NCBI GenBank assembly: GCA_008632985.1
Contig: QPGO01000007.1
Coordinates: 682,001-746,000 of the forward strand
Direction of reading: 5' to 3'
DNA from: Psammoneis japonica
Lineage: Eukaryota
DNA length: 64,000 nt
Position 1 is the stretch's first letter. The number at the start of each line of letters is the position of its first letter. The notes below the pieces were generated by a model. It ran no database searches, was not told the origin of the DNA, and was given only the letters and a program-made list of their open reading frames with translations. This document shows, piece by piece, positions 13,469-26,960 of the stretch. The position numbers and the translations under genes were made by a program.

Positions 13469-16400
13469 TGGTGTCACAAATGCGTGCAATCGCACGGGTT
13501 GAATGGTCCATCCATCAAACGATTTTCGATTTCGGCTTTGGCACTTTTTTCCCATGGGCAATGTGACTTTGTCGGTTTTGGTGGCAAGCACAAACTCCTG
13601 CAGAACGCACTTGCAGAAGCATTGCACCATTCCTGTGAGAAAAAGTCATTGTGCTCTGCAGGCAGCCAGACAGCTCAATTGAAAGATGCACCATGCCAGC
13701 GCCAATCACCAGCCATTGTTGCATGCTTTGCTGTTCACTGACAACGTCTTGGCCAGCAAGACCTTTCTAAAGCATGATTGCAATGTTGGGCCTGCTCAAG
13801 AACGTTTGATGCTTCCTGCTGCTGGCCAAGGGGACAGCTCCAAACCACTGACATCTTCCATTGAAACTCTTCCATGCCAGCTGCAGCTCCATCATGCCAG
13901 CCAATGCCCGACTCTGCACCATGCCCCAGGGCCCTGCCAACACTGACACCTCCTCCAACAATGTGATCAGTGCTGCCAGCCACACCGGGCCCAATGCTTC
14001 CACCTGCATGGGAGCCTGCTGCATCCTCCACTGCTGATGCCTTGGCCCACACCATTCCCCGTCACCTGGACTTGCGTGCCATCACCAATCTGGGCAATGA
14101 GCATCTCACCAACGCAACGACACCAGATGGCAAGGGAGAATTGGTCACAAACCCCGTCCATGGCGATTCAAATGGGGATGACAGAAAGTTGGATCCAACC
14201 AAAACGTGGGTGCATGAGGCCTGCGGAGCCGCCAATGAGGGTGTGTCACCCTCCACCAAGGCTGCCATCCAATGCTTCCACCTCCAGTGGATCCAACTGC
14301 ATCCAATGCTTCCACCTCCGTTAAAGCCGGCTGTGTCCTCTGCACCATTGCCGACACTGCAACTCTGGGTCTCACACAATGGCACCACACACTCTAGATC
14401 CCACAATGCCTCCTTCACCACCTCCAGCACCCTCAAAGCAGCCATCTCTCCCACCAGCATTTCCACCCAAGCCACCATTGATGCCTCAACCCACACCATT
14501 CCCAACACAAATGATGGCCACTGCATCGTCAACCTCCCATCCGTCTCTGAGCCCTGCACCTTTGCCTGTGCCACCATCCACCCCTCCACAACGCCGACGC
14601 CAACTCCAACTCCAGGACACACCTGACAAGCCCCCCTGCCATTTGGCATCCCACACCCCTGTCTGCTCCAGGTCCTGCAATGCCTCCTTCCACACCACCA
14701 ACAACACAACTGTTTTCAGCCTCCACTCTAACAAATGACTGGCACTCGAATCCCAACTTGCCCCCCACTCTCTGCCCTGCAGAGAGTCCCACAGAAATGC
14801 CAACAACATTGTGGACAGGATTCTGGAGATTCTGAGCAAGGCTGCGTGCAGTGCGATTGCTCTGCAACAACATGGCACACATGTCAATCTCATCCACATG
14901 TCACAAACAATCAAGAGCCGCTCGACAAAAATCATGTCGAGTTGTCTTTGTTCCACTGAACAACACAACAAACTCATGGCAATCCACGTGGTGAATTGCA
15001 GAAAGAGCGCTGTTCCCAAAATTCCAAACATTGCCAAAGATGCATCACAAAGCATCCCTTGACCTGGGAAACACCGTGAAGCAAATGTGCCGCATGCATC
15101 GGATCTTTTCATTGCAAAGGCGTTGATGTGAGAGGGCACTGCACCAGCCAAATGAACAATGGGCAAGTGCCAGATGCTCATGCAACCCCGGAAACCTTCA
15201 AAGCACAAATGTTCCAAATCAGCACAGCACATTTGACACAGATGACCAAACAGAAAAGATGAAATAACTTCGAGACAATGCCACACCTCGAATGCAACAA
15301 AATGCAAGACACACAATGTGTTGAATGATTGACTTGCATTTTGAGAGCAGAATGCTTGAGTTCTTCTTGTTCCACCACGGGGTTGCAATTGGCTTGCTTC
15401 TGCTCTCTCTCTCTCTCTCTCTCTTCTGAAGAATCAGAGCATCCATGCCGGCATCTGTTTGAGCACTGCTGTCTCTTGTCTCCTTGTCCTTGCGATCAAG
15501 CACACGCCCGAACTCAGAAAATTGAGCAGCAATGGCAGGACACATGCAAGGATCTGCAGGAAAAGACACACAGATTGAAATGATGGTGAGACAATGATTC
15601 CCCAAACACAGCAGATGCGCACCACATGGCTTTTCCAATGTGCCAAACGAGTGACTTGCACTTTTGAAAGGAGAACACTCAAGTGCTTCTAAATTGTCTT
15701 CACCCTGAGAATTGGAGTGGGATCGCTCATCTTTTCCCTGAAGTTGCACAGGTGGTTTCATTGACAAGGAGGCAATGCTGTGGAGGACTGCACTGCCACT
15801 TTGAACATCGTGTTGACGGAAAATGCAGAAAAAAGAAAAAGAGAAAAAGAAGTGCTTTCGATCAGCCAAATGCAGGGCATCACAGTTGGACACGTCACAA
15901 TTTCAGCACAAATCATCGTGCAAAGCTGCACACACAAATTCATGTAGAAATCAAATTTTTGTGCCACGCCACCAAAACTGGAAAATTGCATTGCCCATGA
16001 TGCACACTTCTGCGCAATGCATGCCAAGAATGCTGCCAACAAATCACTTTTCACAAGATGCTCCATGGCATTGTTGACTGCTGCTCCTGCCTCACACTGA
16101 AGCTTTCCTGCCTGTCCTTGGCATTGCAGCACTTCTTTTTGTCATGATGGTCATCACACAGAGCGAGTGTGAAGAAGAAACAGAGTCAATTGGTGGGGAA
16201 GACCTGGAGCCACTTGACCGCAATGAGGTGCTGCTGCCAAGCATGACAGCTCCAAAACATTTGAAGATTGCCTGACAACACAAGGTGTTTTGCACGGAAG
16301 CTGACATGCCAGACAAAGGATGCAAATGCTCCCAAGTGGAAGAACCAGAAATCTTTGCGTGAGAGCTTCAAAGTGCCAAGGAGTGGAAGGCAGCGGAATG

Positions 16401-18525
16401 ATCAACCATCGCATTGTGCTTTTCTGATTTGTCTTGTTCTGTTTGGTCCGGCAAGTTCAGGCTTGTGCCATTGGATAACAGCAGCAATTGGTGGTTGAAT
16501 TCATTTGCAAAACCAACTCAACAATTGCACTTCTGGTGTCTTGCAATGACCCACATCTGTGGTGTGATGAGTGCCGGCAGTTCTGGCAGGCCCTGGACGT
16601 GGAGACCCAACCGTTGGTGCTTGTGCATTTTGGTGCTTTGTGTCAATGCTGCTGCATCTGTCAATTGACTGTTCTGTTGTTGCCATGAGCAGCACAAGCA
16701 TTGTCAGTGACAAAAGTCGAGGTGTGAACCAACTTTGTAATGTGCATCCATTGCAGTCCTTTTCCACAACCCGTGAGTGCAATGTTGTGTCAACTTTGGC
16801 AGAATGGAACAGACAATCTGGCTCAGCTGAATGCCCCTCAACTGAGGCACTCCCCCCAGAGCTCTTGACACGGCATCTTTCTTGAACTCTTCTTGCATGC
16901 TTTCGTGACTCCAAAAAGCTTCAGCTCTCTTTTCCAACAGGGTGTCAATGATGGCTTTCTTGTTGGGCAGTTTTGAAACATCAGGAATGCTGGCTTTGGA
17001 AACCCACTCTCAATCTTGCAATTCTGGGTCTCTTTCATTGCGTTGAAGTCTTTCTCATTTAGGGAGTCATTGAACATGAGAGCTGCCTTCATGTGAACCA
17101 GAATGAGCGGCTTGAGATTCAGGAAGTCGGGCTCCTTTGCAAGGAAGTGCGTTTTTGCAAGAGCGTCTGGGTCTTCATAATTTTCATCAAGTGGATTTTC
17201 CAGTCAACTTGGGGGGCTTGGGAGAGCTTCTTGTTGCCACAGTGATTCGATGCTGACTCTTCTGCCGGCGTGCCATCACCGACTGCACATCAAACCCTGC
17301 TGCATCTTTGCCATGCTTTATTTTTAGTTCTGCACTGTCTGCCGTCAGCATGAGCCCATCTCCTGGCGCAAATTTTGCCCTGGGCTCAAGGCAGGCTGTA
17401 ACACATTCAGAAGCCTTTGCAGTGCCAGCCGCCGACACAGATGTTGTCACTTTGAAGTCGGCAAGAGTGTCTCCAAAAATTGAGTCTCTTGCATTGTGAA
17501 ACACATCATGCACACATTTGATGGCAGGCCCCACCTCATTTTGACTTGCAACTCTCACAATTAAATCCGTTGTCATTCCAACAGCCAACACCGATGAGTC
17601 GCCTTGTCTTCCTTGCTTGTCCATCGTCTCCACAAAAGCGCTCACATCAGTGCCATTGATGGCGAATGCAAAAACAGATGGTGGCAAGGCCGTTCTGTTT
17701 TCTTCTGACACAAGGTGTTTGAGTGCATTTTTGAGCTCATTCGGTCAGCCCCATTTCCTGTCGCAGCTGCAGGCAAGAGCACGGACGACATGCTCTTGAA
17801 CATTTTCACAACAGCGAGTTTAGTTTGATTGTCATTTGCAGCAATGTCTCCTTTTCTGTTGACTGCTGCAAATCCAACTGGGGTGTGTGGCATTTTGCCA
17901 TCCCCATTGATTTCAACCACCGCTTGCTCCGCAAGCAGCAGGCCATCCATTCCGATTGTTCTTGATGTGGTGCCGTCATTTTGTTTCTCCCGGAGGAGCT
18001 CCAATGCTGGTGACTTGGCGGGGTTCCTCTTTTTCTTTTTCTTGACAGGAGCTGGGCATTCAAACTCGACTTCACTTTTTTCCGATTCACGATTTCTCTT
18101 TTGGGTGGTGCAAGCTGTCTTGTGGCTGGTGATGCGTTGGTCACAATGCAGTGGGCTCTGGGACGTCTTTTCCGCTGGCAAACGAACCATGAGTGAAGAC
18201 AAATTTTGCAGCCTCAAGGAGTCACCAGAGTGACGATGCACTCCTCCTCTTGCTCCTCAGTGCATTCAACACATGCAAGCGACATTTTCAATTGTCATCG
18301 TTGTCATCGTAATCCACTGCAGTCACAACAAGATGGTGCAGGGAAGAAAGAGTGGTTTCACTTCTCCACTTCACGATTTTGAAAATTTGATTTTTGTGTG
18401 TTTTTATGCACAAGTCTACAGGACATCTGTGCAAGTTGAAGTTCGACCACACAAGCCAGCGAAATCGAAAATCATTTGATGGATGGACCATTTGACCCAT
18501 GCGATTGCACGCATTTGTGACACCA
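13469..18525. mobile_element. 5.06-kb TIR element of unassigned superfamily inserted in the satellite unit
   Basis: 66-bp TIRs at 13469-13534 and 18460-18525 (62/66 identical), TGGTGTCAC...GTGACACCA. Apparent 4-bp TSD ACTC. The flanks rejoin to restore the satellite unit. Degraded internal ORFs. Confidence 0.85.
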
Positions 18526-19599
18526 ACTCGTCTGCCCTCCTTTGGATCTTTTTAACACAACAACTTCAGCCACGTGAACAACAGCAGCTGGCCACTGATG
18601 AAACCACCGCGAAAGTCTTGTTCTCCTGACTTCGACCAACGTTGTTGTGCCTGCCATTTGCCAAAATGGCTGGGTGAACATCCGGTCAAGTGGCTCCACC
18701 TTGGCTGCTTGTGTCATTTGTTTGTCACATTTGACAGAAAATTGGCTTCACCCATTTTGATCATTCGTTCAAGAGAGAGAGCAAAGTTTCCTGTCAGAGC
18801 AGATGGCACATGATGGGGAGTCTGGGTGTTGGCTCCTGGGTGGGACAGCACATGATGAGCTGCTGCAGCACAGACATGGACTGCACAGAGCAGGTTGTCC
18901 CCAGCATGGAATGTCATTGCCACGTTGCATCTCTCATCATTCTTCTGGTGCTCAAAGGTGATGGAAATCATGTCAGCTGGCACCAGGTCTTGGTCTTCCT
19001 GGTCTCCAGCTTGGAGTTGTTGCAGCAGAAGCTGAGGTTCTTGAGAGTCAACTGCTGTGCTCACATGTGCCAGATTGGCAGACATCAGGCCCTCTCCATT
19101 CATGTGATTGGCCCCTTGGGGGGCTTTTGCTCGCTTGGTTCTCGTTGTGGAGTTTGTGCTGCCCTGTGTGTCATGGAAAATCTGTGCCAATTTTGAGGGA
19201 TCTGTGCCAATGTTTTGGGGGCTGCACAAATCGGCCCCAGTTCTGAGCAGAAACAAATCTGAATCTGTGCCCCACATGTTGCTCCCCCTCTCTTGTGCAA
19301 ATTTGCACACCTTGTGCCAGGCCTGCTGACACCTGGACCGTGCGAAATGCCAAAGTGAGGGTGGGTGTCAAGGGGTTCTTCAAAGCATCTGCGGTGTGAG
19401 CACGGTGTGACCTCCCACATCCAATTTTCAACAAAGTTCATCGCTGAACATCGCAGCTGTGCTTTTTAGAATGCTCACAGCATTGGTTTGGAAGGGCTTT
19501 GCACCCTTGAACTTGTTGCATGCAGGGGCCACTGGCTGGTTTGGCGAGCCATCCACTTGCTTCTGTCTCAAATCTCCAGACAAGATGTCCCCAGATTGA

Positions 19600-20060
19600 T
19601 GCCCAAACGAATCAAATGCACAACAATGCTCTGCAATTGTTGCACACAAGCTGTCCCAAGTTGAAGCTGTTGAGCGCAGTGTCAAGTTGAGCTGTTGTGC
19701 ATGACATGAAGTGGCGCCAGCACCAGCATGCCCAAAAGCCAACAACGAGGATGAGACTCGAGATTGGCGCCCAACCGCACAAGGATGCATTGCCAAACAA
19801 ATGAGGTGCACAGCAGCCCTCTGCAGTTGTTGCGCGTGAGTCATCCCAAGTTGACGTTGTTGAGCACAGCATCAAGTTTGTCTGTTGTGTCCAGTGCAAA
19901 GCATGCCCAACAACCAATGACAAGGATGGGGCTCGAGATTGATTCCCAGCTGCAAGGGTGCATCACCAAACAAGTCAAATGCACGACAATGGTCCAGAGT
20001 TGTCACACACAAGTCATTCCAGGTGATTTTGTTGAGCATCAAGTCAATCTGTCATGCACA
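19600..20060. repeat. Three diverged tandem units of about 170-190 bp
   Basis: Units begin CCAAAC..A...TGCAC at about 19603, 19793 and 19966 and share ...CCCAAGTTGA...GTTGAGC...TCAAGT. Confidence 0.6.
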
Positions 20061-20514
20061 AACAATGCAAAGTGGAGCCTGCAGAGTTCCCAAATGACCA
20101 GCGGTGCGCTGGCTTGGGTCCCTCCCACAATCCACAACTTGGTCCACGTCACTCACAAAGCTTCAATGCTGCGAACAATGGAGTGTCAACACTCTTGCTT
20201 CAGAACATGATGCAAAACAAATGACTGTGAGCAAGTCAAGGGCAGGCAACACCCCCAAAACATCAAAACACGACACTGCACCTGAAGATGCACAACTGCA
20301 ACTCAAGACGCACAACTGCAACTCCACACACTGCACCGTCCGCGAATTTTCATGAGTTGTGCACATTTGCATTGACACAACGGAAATTTTTGTCAATGAT
20401 GTCATGCAGTTTTTAATGGTCATCCGTTGCATTCAGTCTTGTTTGGCGAACAACGTGATGCTGTTTGTGAACCATTTGTTCATGTGCCTTTCTGTGTTTT
20501 GAGTCGTGAGGGCT

Positions 20515-20815
20515 GTTGATGACTTGTGATGACTTGTGATGACTTGTGATTGCTTGTGATGACTTGTGATTGCTTGTGATGACTTTTGATGACTTTTGAT
20601 GACTTGTGATGACTTGTGGTGACTTTGCTCAGGAAGTCGAGTGTGCGGTCGGTTCCCGTGCGAAGGACAGCCAACGGGCTGGCATGTGTGTCAGTTTGTC
20701 TGTGGACGCTGTTGTCTTGATGACTTGTGATGATTTGTGATGACTCATGATGACTTGTGATGACTTGTGATGACTTTTGATTGCTTGTGATGACTTGTGA
20801 TGACTTGTGATTGGT
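20515..20815. repeat. 10-bp minisatellite (GACTTGTGAT)n in two arrays
   Basis: Arrays at about 20515-20625 and 20715-20815. Confidence 0.92.
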
Positions 20816-21031
20816 TGATGAGTTTCCGTGACCAACTCTCCATTGACATTTCATGATCAAAAACATTGGCGAGTTTGGCGAGCACAGATGTGTCTTGTCG
20901 CTAAAGCAGTGTGAACCATCACAACACACATGTGCATTTGTCCGTTGGATTCTCACAAGTGGCGTGCGGCAATGAAAATTCGCGGACGGTGCTGAATTTT
21001 TTCACCACAATGCCACATCTTGCACGTGTCA

Positions 21032-21882
21032 GGCTCGGTCCACAGGTGAGCCGAGCCGGATCGGATCGCCGGATCGACTCCTTCACAACCCATTAAAATG
21101 TCAGTCCATCGAGTCAAAAAGTCGATCCGTGGCCTTCGCGGGACTGACCCGCCATCTCGGATCGGACGGTCTTCGGAGCAAAACATTTTGCTCCGAAGAC
21201 TGTCCGATCCAAAAAATCCGGATCGGATGTCGGATCGAATTTGGAAGATTCCGTGCCGTCATCACGACAGTGGCGCAACATCACACGATTGTGATGCAGG
21301 GCGGCACAACATTCAGCCACAAGGGCACAGAACTTCTTTGGCATTGCAGCCTTGCTCTTCCCATGCTTGAAGTGGAGATGAAAAAGGTCGCACGGCAATG
21401 GAGCAGCTTGTCAAACCGACAATGCCGTAAAGATTTGTTGGAGAAACATTGAACAAGCAAAATGACAAGCATTTGTTGCGTAATTCGAAATTTCAATGCG
21501 AAAACATGGCGTCAGTTTCTGAACTGCAAAAGCGGCAGCTTTTTCTTCCTCAGCGTGCTGCAAACACTGAGTGACAATGATGCTCAATGATGCGGTCAAG
21601 TGAGCATGTAAAGCAGCAACAACAGCACAGTTCTGTCGTCATATCGTCTCGTTATGACAAGATGTGAAGCATCATGGCCACACTCTCTCTGGCTGTTGTT
21701 CGCCATTTCAGTGCTTTGTTGTTCTTGAGAATTTGGAATCTTGAAACTTACGTCGTTTTGCGACTCATCAAAATGTCGAATCCGATCCGCGATCCGATCC
21801 GATTCCACCTGTCGACTAACGGAATTCTGACGCGATCCGATCCGGCGATCCGATCCGGCGCGGTTCACCTGTAGACCGAGCC
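21032..21882. mobile_element. PIF/Harbinger-like non-autonomous element, 851 bp
   Basis: 45-bp TIRs GGCTCGGTC(C/T)ACAGGTGA... (42/45 identical). 3-bp TSD TCA (21029-21031, 21883-21885). Subterminal GATCCG/CGGATC repeats. Confidence 0.85.
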
Positions 21883-22340
21883 TCAGTCATGGGACAGGCA
21901 CTGTCGCTTCATCAAGCCGACTGTCTTTGCAACGAGCACTGCAGAGACAAACGCGACTGAAAGCTGTAACAAGATTTTCTGTAACAATCAGGGTAAGATA
22001 CATTACTAATCTGACCACTCGCTTTTGATACACAAACCAAAATTACGTAAACACATCATTATACTAGATATCGCAAATGATGGAGACACGGTCATGCATA
22101 GCGTCTGCATCATACAGTGCTTGGAGCTAGCTTATATGAACACACCCCAGAGACACAATTCTCCAAGTGGAATCAACCATTCGTATAGCAGGCCGCCAAT
22201 TCCACCGCGTCAATGGTGCAAAAAGGGGCGGGTTCTTGCTCAGAAAAATGAAGCAATTATGCGGCTTAGAACTTTTCACAGTCTCATGCAACAAAACTGC
22301 CACTGACTCTGAAGTCGTTATCTGGGCTTTAGCCTGACAA

Positions 22341-22811
22341 TTAAGAGCGGCTGGACGAGCTTCTCTTGCCACCCTTGCCCTTGCCCTTGCTGCTACTACT
22401 GCTGCTTGAAGGATGCGATGGCTTGGTGACATAGCTGCTTGAACTTGAGCCACCCTTGCTCTTGCTACTGGATCCGCCCTTGCTCTTGCTGCTGGATCCG
22501 CCCTTGCTCTTGCTGCTGGATCCGCCCTTGCTCTTGCTGCTGGATCCACCCTTGCTCTTGCTGCTCGAACCGCCCTTGCTCTTGCTGCTGCTGCTGCTGG
22601 AGCTCGCACCCTTGCCCTTTGGAGGTGGATGCGTTGGCGGTGGAGGAGTCGGTGGTGGAGGAGTCGGCGGTGGAGGAGTCGGCGGTGGAGGCGTCGGCGG
22701 TGGAGGCGTCGGCGGTGGAGGCGTTGGCGGTGGTGGTGTCGGTGGTGGTGGTGTCGGCGGTGGAGGCGTCGGTGGATGCGGCGGGGGCTTGCTGCTGCTA
22801 GAACTTGACGA

Positions 22812-22847
<36 letters not shown>

Positions 22848-25800
22848 AGAACTTGACGACGAACTGCTGCTACTGCTCGAACTGGGCTTTGGCGGCGGTG
22901 GCGGCGGCGGTGGAGGAGGTGGTGGTGGTGGCGGTGGCGGCGGCTTGCTACTGCTTGAACTCGACGACGACGAACTCCTGCTGCTGCTGCTACTCGAACT
23001 TGGCGTCGGCGGTGGCGGCGTAGGTGGCGGTGGCGGCGGTGGTGGTGGCGAGCTGCTGGACGACTTACTCTTGCTGCTAGATCCTGGGGAGCCGCTCTTG
23101 CTGCCCGTGCTGCTGCCACTCGACCCTGGGGAGCCGCTCTCACTCTTGCTGCTAGATCCGCCCTTACTCTTGCTACTCGAACTGGATCCAGGAGTGGGAG
23201 GGGTAGCTGGCGACGGCGGGTGCGGAGTAGTCGGAGGACAGTCTTCGCTACTGCTGCTGGGTGACGACGAAGGGCCGCTGTGCTTCCAGTCGTCAGTCGA
23301 CGAACGGCTTCTACCCTTGCTGCTGCTGGAGCTTGAACCCTTACCATTGGGAGGTGGATGCGTTGGCGGCGTTGGCATAGGCGGCGTGGGCATCGGGGGT
23401 GTCGGTCCGCCCTTGCCCTTGCTGCTCGAACTCGATCCGCCCTTGCCCTTGCTGCTTGAACTCGATCCGCCCTTGCCCTTGCTGCTGGAACTCGATCCAC
23501 CCTTGCCCTTCGGAGGTGTTGGCGTCGGAGGTGTTGGCACAGGCGGTGTTGGCGTCGGAGGTGTTGGCACTGGCGGTGTTGGCGTCGGAGGTGTTGGCAC
23601 TGGCGGTGTTGGCGTCGGAGGTGTTGGCACAGGAGGTGTCGGTCCTCCCTTACCCTTGCTGCTTGAACTCGATCCGCCCTTGCCCTTGCTGCTGGAACTC
23701 GATCCACCCTTGCCCTTCGGAGGTGTTGGCGTCGGAGGTGTTGGCACAGGCGGTGTTGGCGTCGGAGGTGTTGGCACTGGCGGTGTTGGCGTCGGAGGTG
23801 TTGGCACTGGCGGTGTTGGCGTCGGAGGTGTTGGCACAGGAGGTGTCGGTCCTCCCTTACCCTTGCTGCTTGAACTCGATCCGCCCTTGCCCTTGCTGCT
23901 TGAACTCGAACCGCCCTTGCCCTTGCTGCTCGAAGTCGGGGGATGAGGCTTCGGAGGTGTTGGCGTCGGAGGTGTTGGCACAGGCGGTGTCGGTCCTCCC
24001 TTGCCCTTGCTGCTCGAGCTCGATCCGCCCTTGCCCTTGCTGCTCGAACTCGGTCCGGGATGAGGCTTCGGCGGCGGAGGAGGGGGTGGCGGGGGCGGCG
24101 GAGGCGGCGGCGGCGGTGGTGGTGGCGGCGGCGGCGGCGGAGGAGGAGGAGGAGGTGGCGGTGGTGGCGGAGGAGGAGGCGGAGGAGGTGGCGGCGGCGG
24201 AGGAGGTGGCGGCGGAGGTGTCGGCGGCGGCTTAATTGGCGCCGGAGGTGGCGGCGGGGGAGGCGTTGGTGCCGGAGTTGGAGGTGGTGACGGTGCCCGA
24301 GTTGGCGGCGGCAAAATTGGCGCCGGAGGAGGTGGCGGCGGGGGAGTTGGTGACGGTGTTGGCCCGGGCGTCGGAGGAGGTGGCGGTGGGGGAGTTGGTG
24401 CCGGAGTTGGCCCTGGCGTCGGAGGAGGTGGCGGCGGGGGAGTTGGTGCCGGAGTTGGCGCTGGGGTGGGAGGAGGCAAAATTGGCGCCGGAGGAGGTGG
24501 CGGCGGGGGAGTTGGTGCCGGAGTTGGCCCTGGCGTCGGAGGAGGTGGCGGCGGAGGAGTTGGTGCCGGAGTTGGTGCCGGAGTTGGCCCTGGTGTCGGA
24601 GGAGGTGGCGGCGGGGGAGTTGGTGCCGGAGTCGGTGCCGGAGTTGGCCCTGGCGTCGGAGGAGGTGGAGGCGGGGGAGTTGGTGCCGGAGTTGGTGCCG
24701 GAGTTGGCCCTGGCGTCGGAGGAGGTGGCGGCGGGGGAGTTGGTGACGGAGTTGGCGCCGGCGTTGGGGATGGGGTTGGCGCCGGCGTCGGCGCTAAAGT
24801 TACCACAGGTGCCGGCGGGAGTGGGCCCGTGTCAAACTCGTACGAGGCGGTATCCTCGCAGAGCTCTCCATCTGGAATAGGTCGGGCCACCGCCTTGATT
24901 GCCGTACTGTAGGTTGACGCTACGCACACGTCGATGGGCGCCGTGTTGACATAACTACCTTGCTGGTCTGGGTTGAGAGGGTTGGGCTCAAATTCGTCAA
25001 CGAGGTCAGTGGGGGTGCCCCCATCCCTAGTTTCTTCCAACATTTCAACCGTAATGGGGGTAGTTCCAGTGTTTTCGACAAAGTAGGTAACCGTAACGCT
25101 GGAAAGACAGTTCTTGGATTCGCTGCCCACGTCACAGCCCTTGAGGTGCAAACTGCCATACTCGTCGTTGAGGAACATCGGCGCTGATCCAGACGGGTTG
25201 AACGTAATCGTCTGCCCCCCGATCGTACAAGTCATGAGTTCGGGAAAGCCGTCAGCAGAGGACATTGAAACTTCCCCTCCGACCGACACACTCGACTCGT
25301 TCACAAATTCATTGTTACTTTCGTCAACGCAAAGAATGGCAACGGTGCCAGAAGCACTTCCTTCGCAAGTAAACTGGCTCTGGGATTGATCGGCAACATC
25401 GCATTCAGTTGGCTGGTACACAAAGGTCAGGTCCGTCACAGGGTCATCGCTGGCGAAGCACTGACTATCCGGTTGAGGAATGCTTTGGCAGTCAACCGCG
25501 GTGTCGTCCGTGAGTGTACATGTGATGGAAGCCTGAACACGGCAAGAAAGAGAAACGTGGATGCGTTAGAGGTGCATGGAACACTGTCAACAATCAGCGA
25601 GAACGACCGCTCTACTTACTTCGGCAATACATTCAAGCGGAGCAGCCGTAGGTGGCGGGGTCGTAGGTGACGGGGTTGGGAACTTGAATATGACCGTAGA
25701 AGACTTTGTGGGAGCGCATGTTGTGTCATCGATAAGCAAATCACGATCGGCTCCTCGCAAGTGCCCGGTCGATGAAGTAAGGCGCGAGAAAACGGACGAC

Positions 25801-25949
25801 ACAAACGACTTGAGTCCCCTTCCACTCGTGTTGGGTACATCGTCGGCCGTGTAGTTGTTGTTGCTGTCTCTACGCCATATCGGCAGCGCGTGAGCAGAGT
25901 CCGTTGCACAACACGCTAGTGCAAGCAAGACAGGGGCAGCGACCCTCAT
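22341..25949 (-). CDS. Secreted Pro/Ser/Lys-rich extracellular protein (silaffin/adhesive-like), about 1173 aa, 2 exons (25949-25620, 25532-22341)
   Basis: Signal peptide MRVAAPVLLALACCATDSAHA, RGL/RDL (RXL) and HLRG motifs. GTAAGT..CAG intron at 25619-25533 joins in frame. Then a Cys-rich globular domain, PTPAP repeats, poly-Pro and many SSSSKGKGG repeats. Confidence 0.85.
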
Positions 25950-26960
25950 GGTGGTTAGATATACGTGGTAGGCTCAAGAGGTTGAGTGTTCGCGACTTGC
26001 GTATGAGGGTATGGTGTTGAGTCTGTTGCAAATCGCAAATTATGAGAATGAGGCATAGTGGATGCTTTTTTGGGAGACGTGTAGAGAGCATGATGAATTT
26101 TTGGCTAGTCGTGCCGCCAAATGATATGACGGCAAAAAAATCAAAATGTTATGTATAAACTATGTCCCTGATTATGTGTATCATTGAAAATTCCAAAAAA
26201 AATCCGATAGTACATTGCCACGTGGCGGGCTACGGCATTTTGAAATTTCGATATTTTCATGTTTATTCTTCGTATTCATATGTTTGTATCACACGAGTCT
26301 TGTGAAATGCCTCACGTGTTCGTAATTGTATCAGAAATTATGAACAATCGACATGTAATTAACAACTTTGAATTCGTATAATTTCTTTCGCCTAATCGGG
26401 GTATAACATCCGTTGTGTGAGTCGTTTAAACGCAAATCCATGGAAATTTTGCGACTCCGCATGCCAGTGTATGTGTGTTACGCCTCTCGCTCACGCTTGT
26501 CAGCTATTTTGCTGTTGCGTAATCGGGATTACAGTGTGAGCATCATCTACAGTGTATGTTGTGGAAAGTTCTGGAATCAGGGAGTCGAGTCAATCATGGC
26601 ATAGGCTTAATGATTGCGGACTCTGCTGTATGCATGTTCGTTCTCGCACGACATCATGATGGCGCATCGTAAAGATCGTCATCGCCGTCCGAGCAGGTTG
26701 TTGTGCGAAAGATGACGTGATTCTTCAAGCTGTTCCGGTCGTGATGGCGTTGTAGTCGTGAGTGCATCGGAAAGTTTGATTCCCATAAGCGCAGTGTCAT
26801 TCGTATGTATCGAGGCAGTCGTTTTGTTGTTGCGCCATCTGTTCCCAGTTGCCTGTGGATGAGCACCTCCTCTGAGGCTGTTTGGTGTTGGCTGCATGTC
26901 TTGAATCTATCGAAACGTCCTTTTGGAAATGCTCATGAAAACTGGACTACCACGTTGCAA

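Larger units (their letters stand above)
1..21600. other. Repeat block 1, TpA-depleted (hypermutated) domain
   Basis: About 1 TA in the first 600 bp by eye. TG/CA are strongly enriched and the block is full of TE remnants. TA returns to normal at about 21.4-21.9 kb. Confidence 0.9.

Noticed and set aside
1..21000. Hundreds of 60-300 aa Cys/His-rich ORFs in all six frames (also 38.4-55.9 kb)
   Set aside because: By-product of the loss of TAA/TAG stops and Tyr codons in TA-depleted DNA; not credible genes.
22127..24912. Long overlapping ORFs on other frames and strand (526, 496, 278, 214 aa)
   Set aside because: Shadow ORFs of the repetitive Pro/Ser-rich gene.
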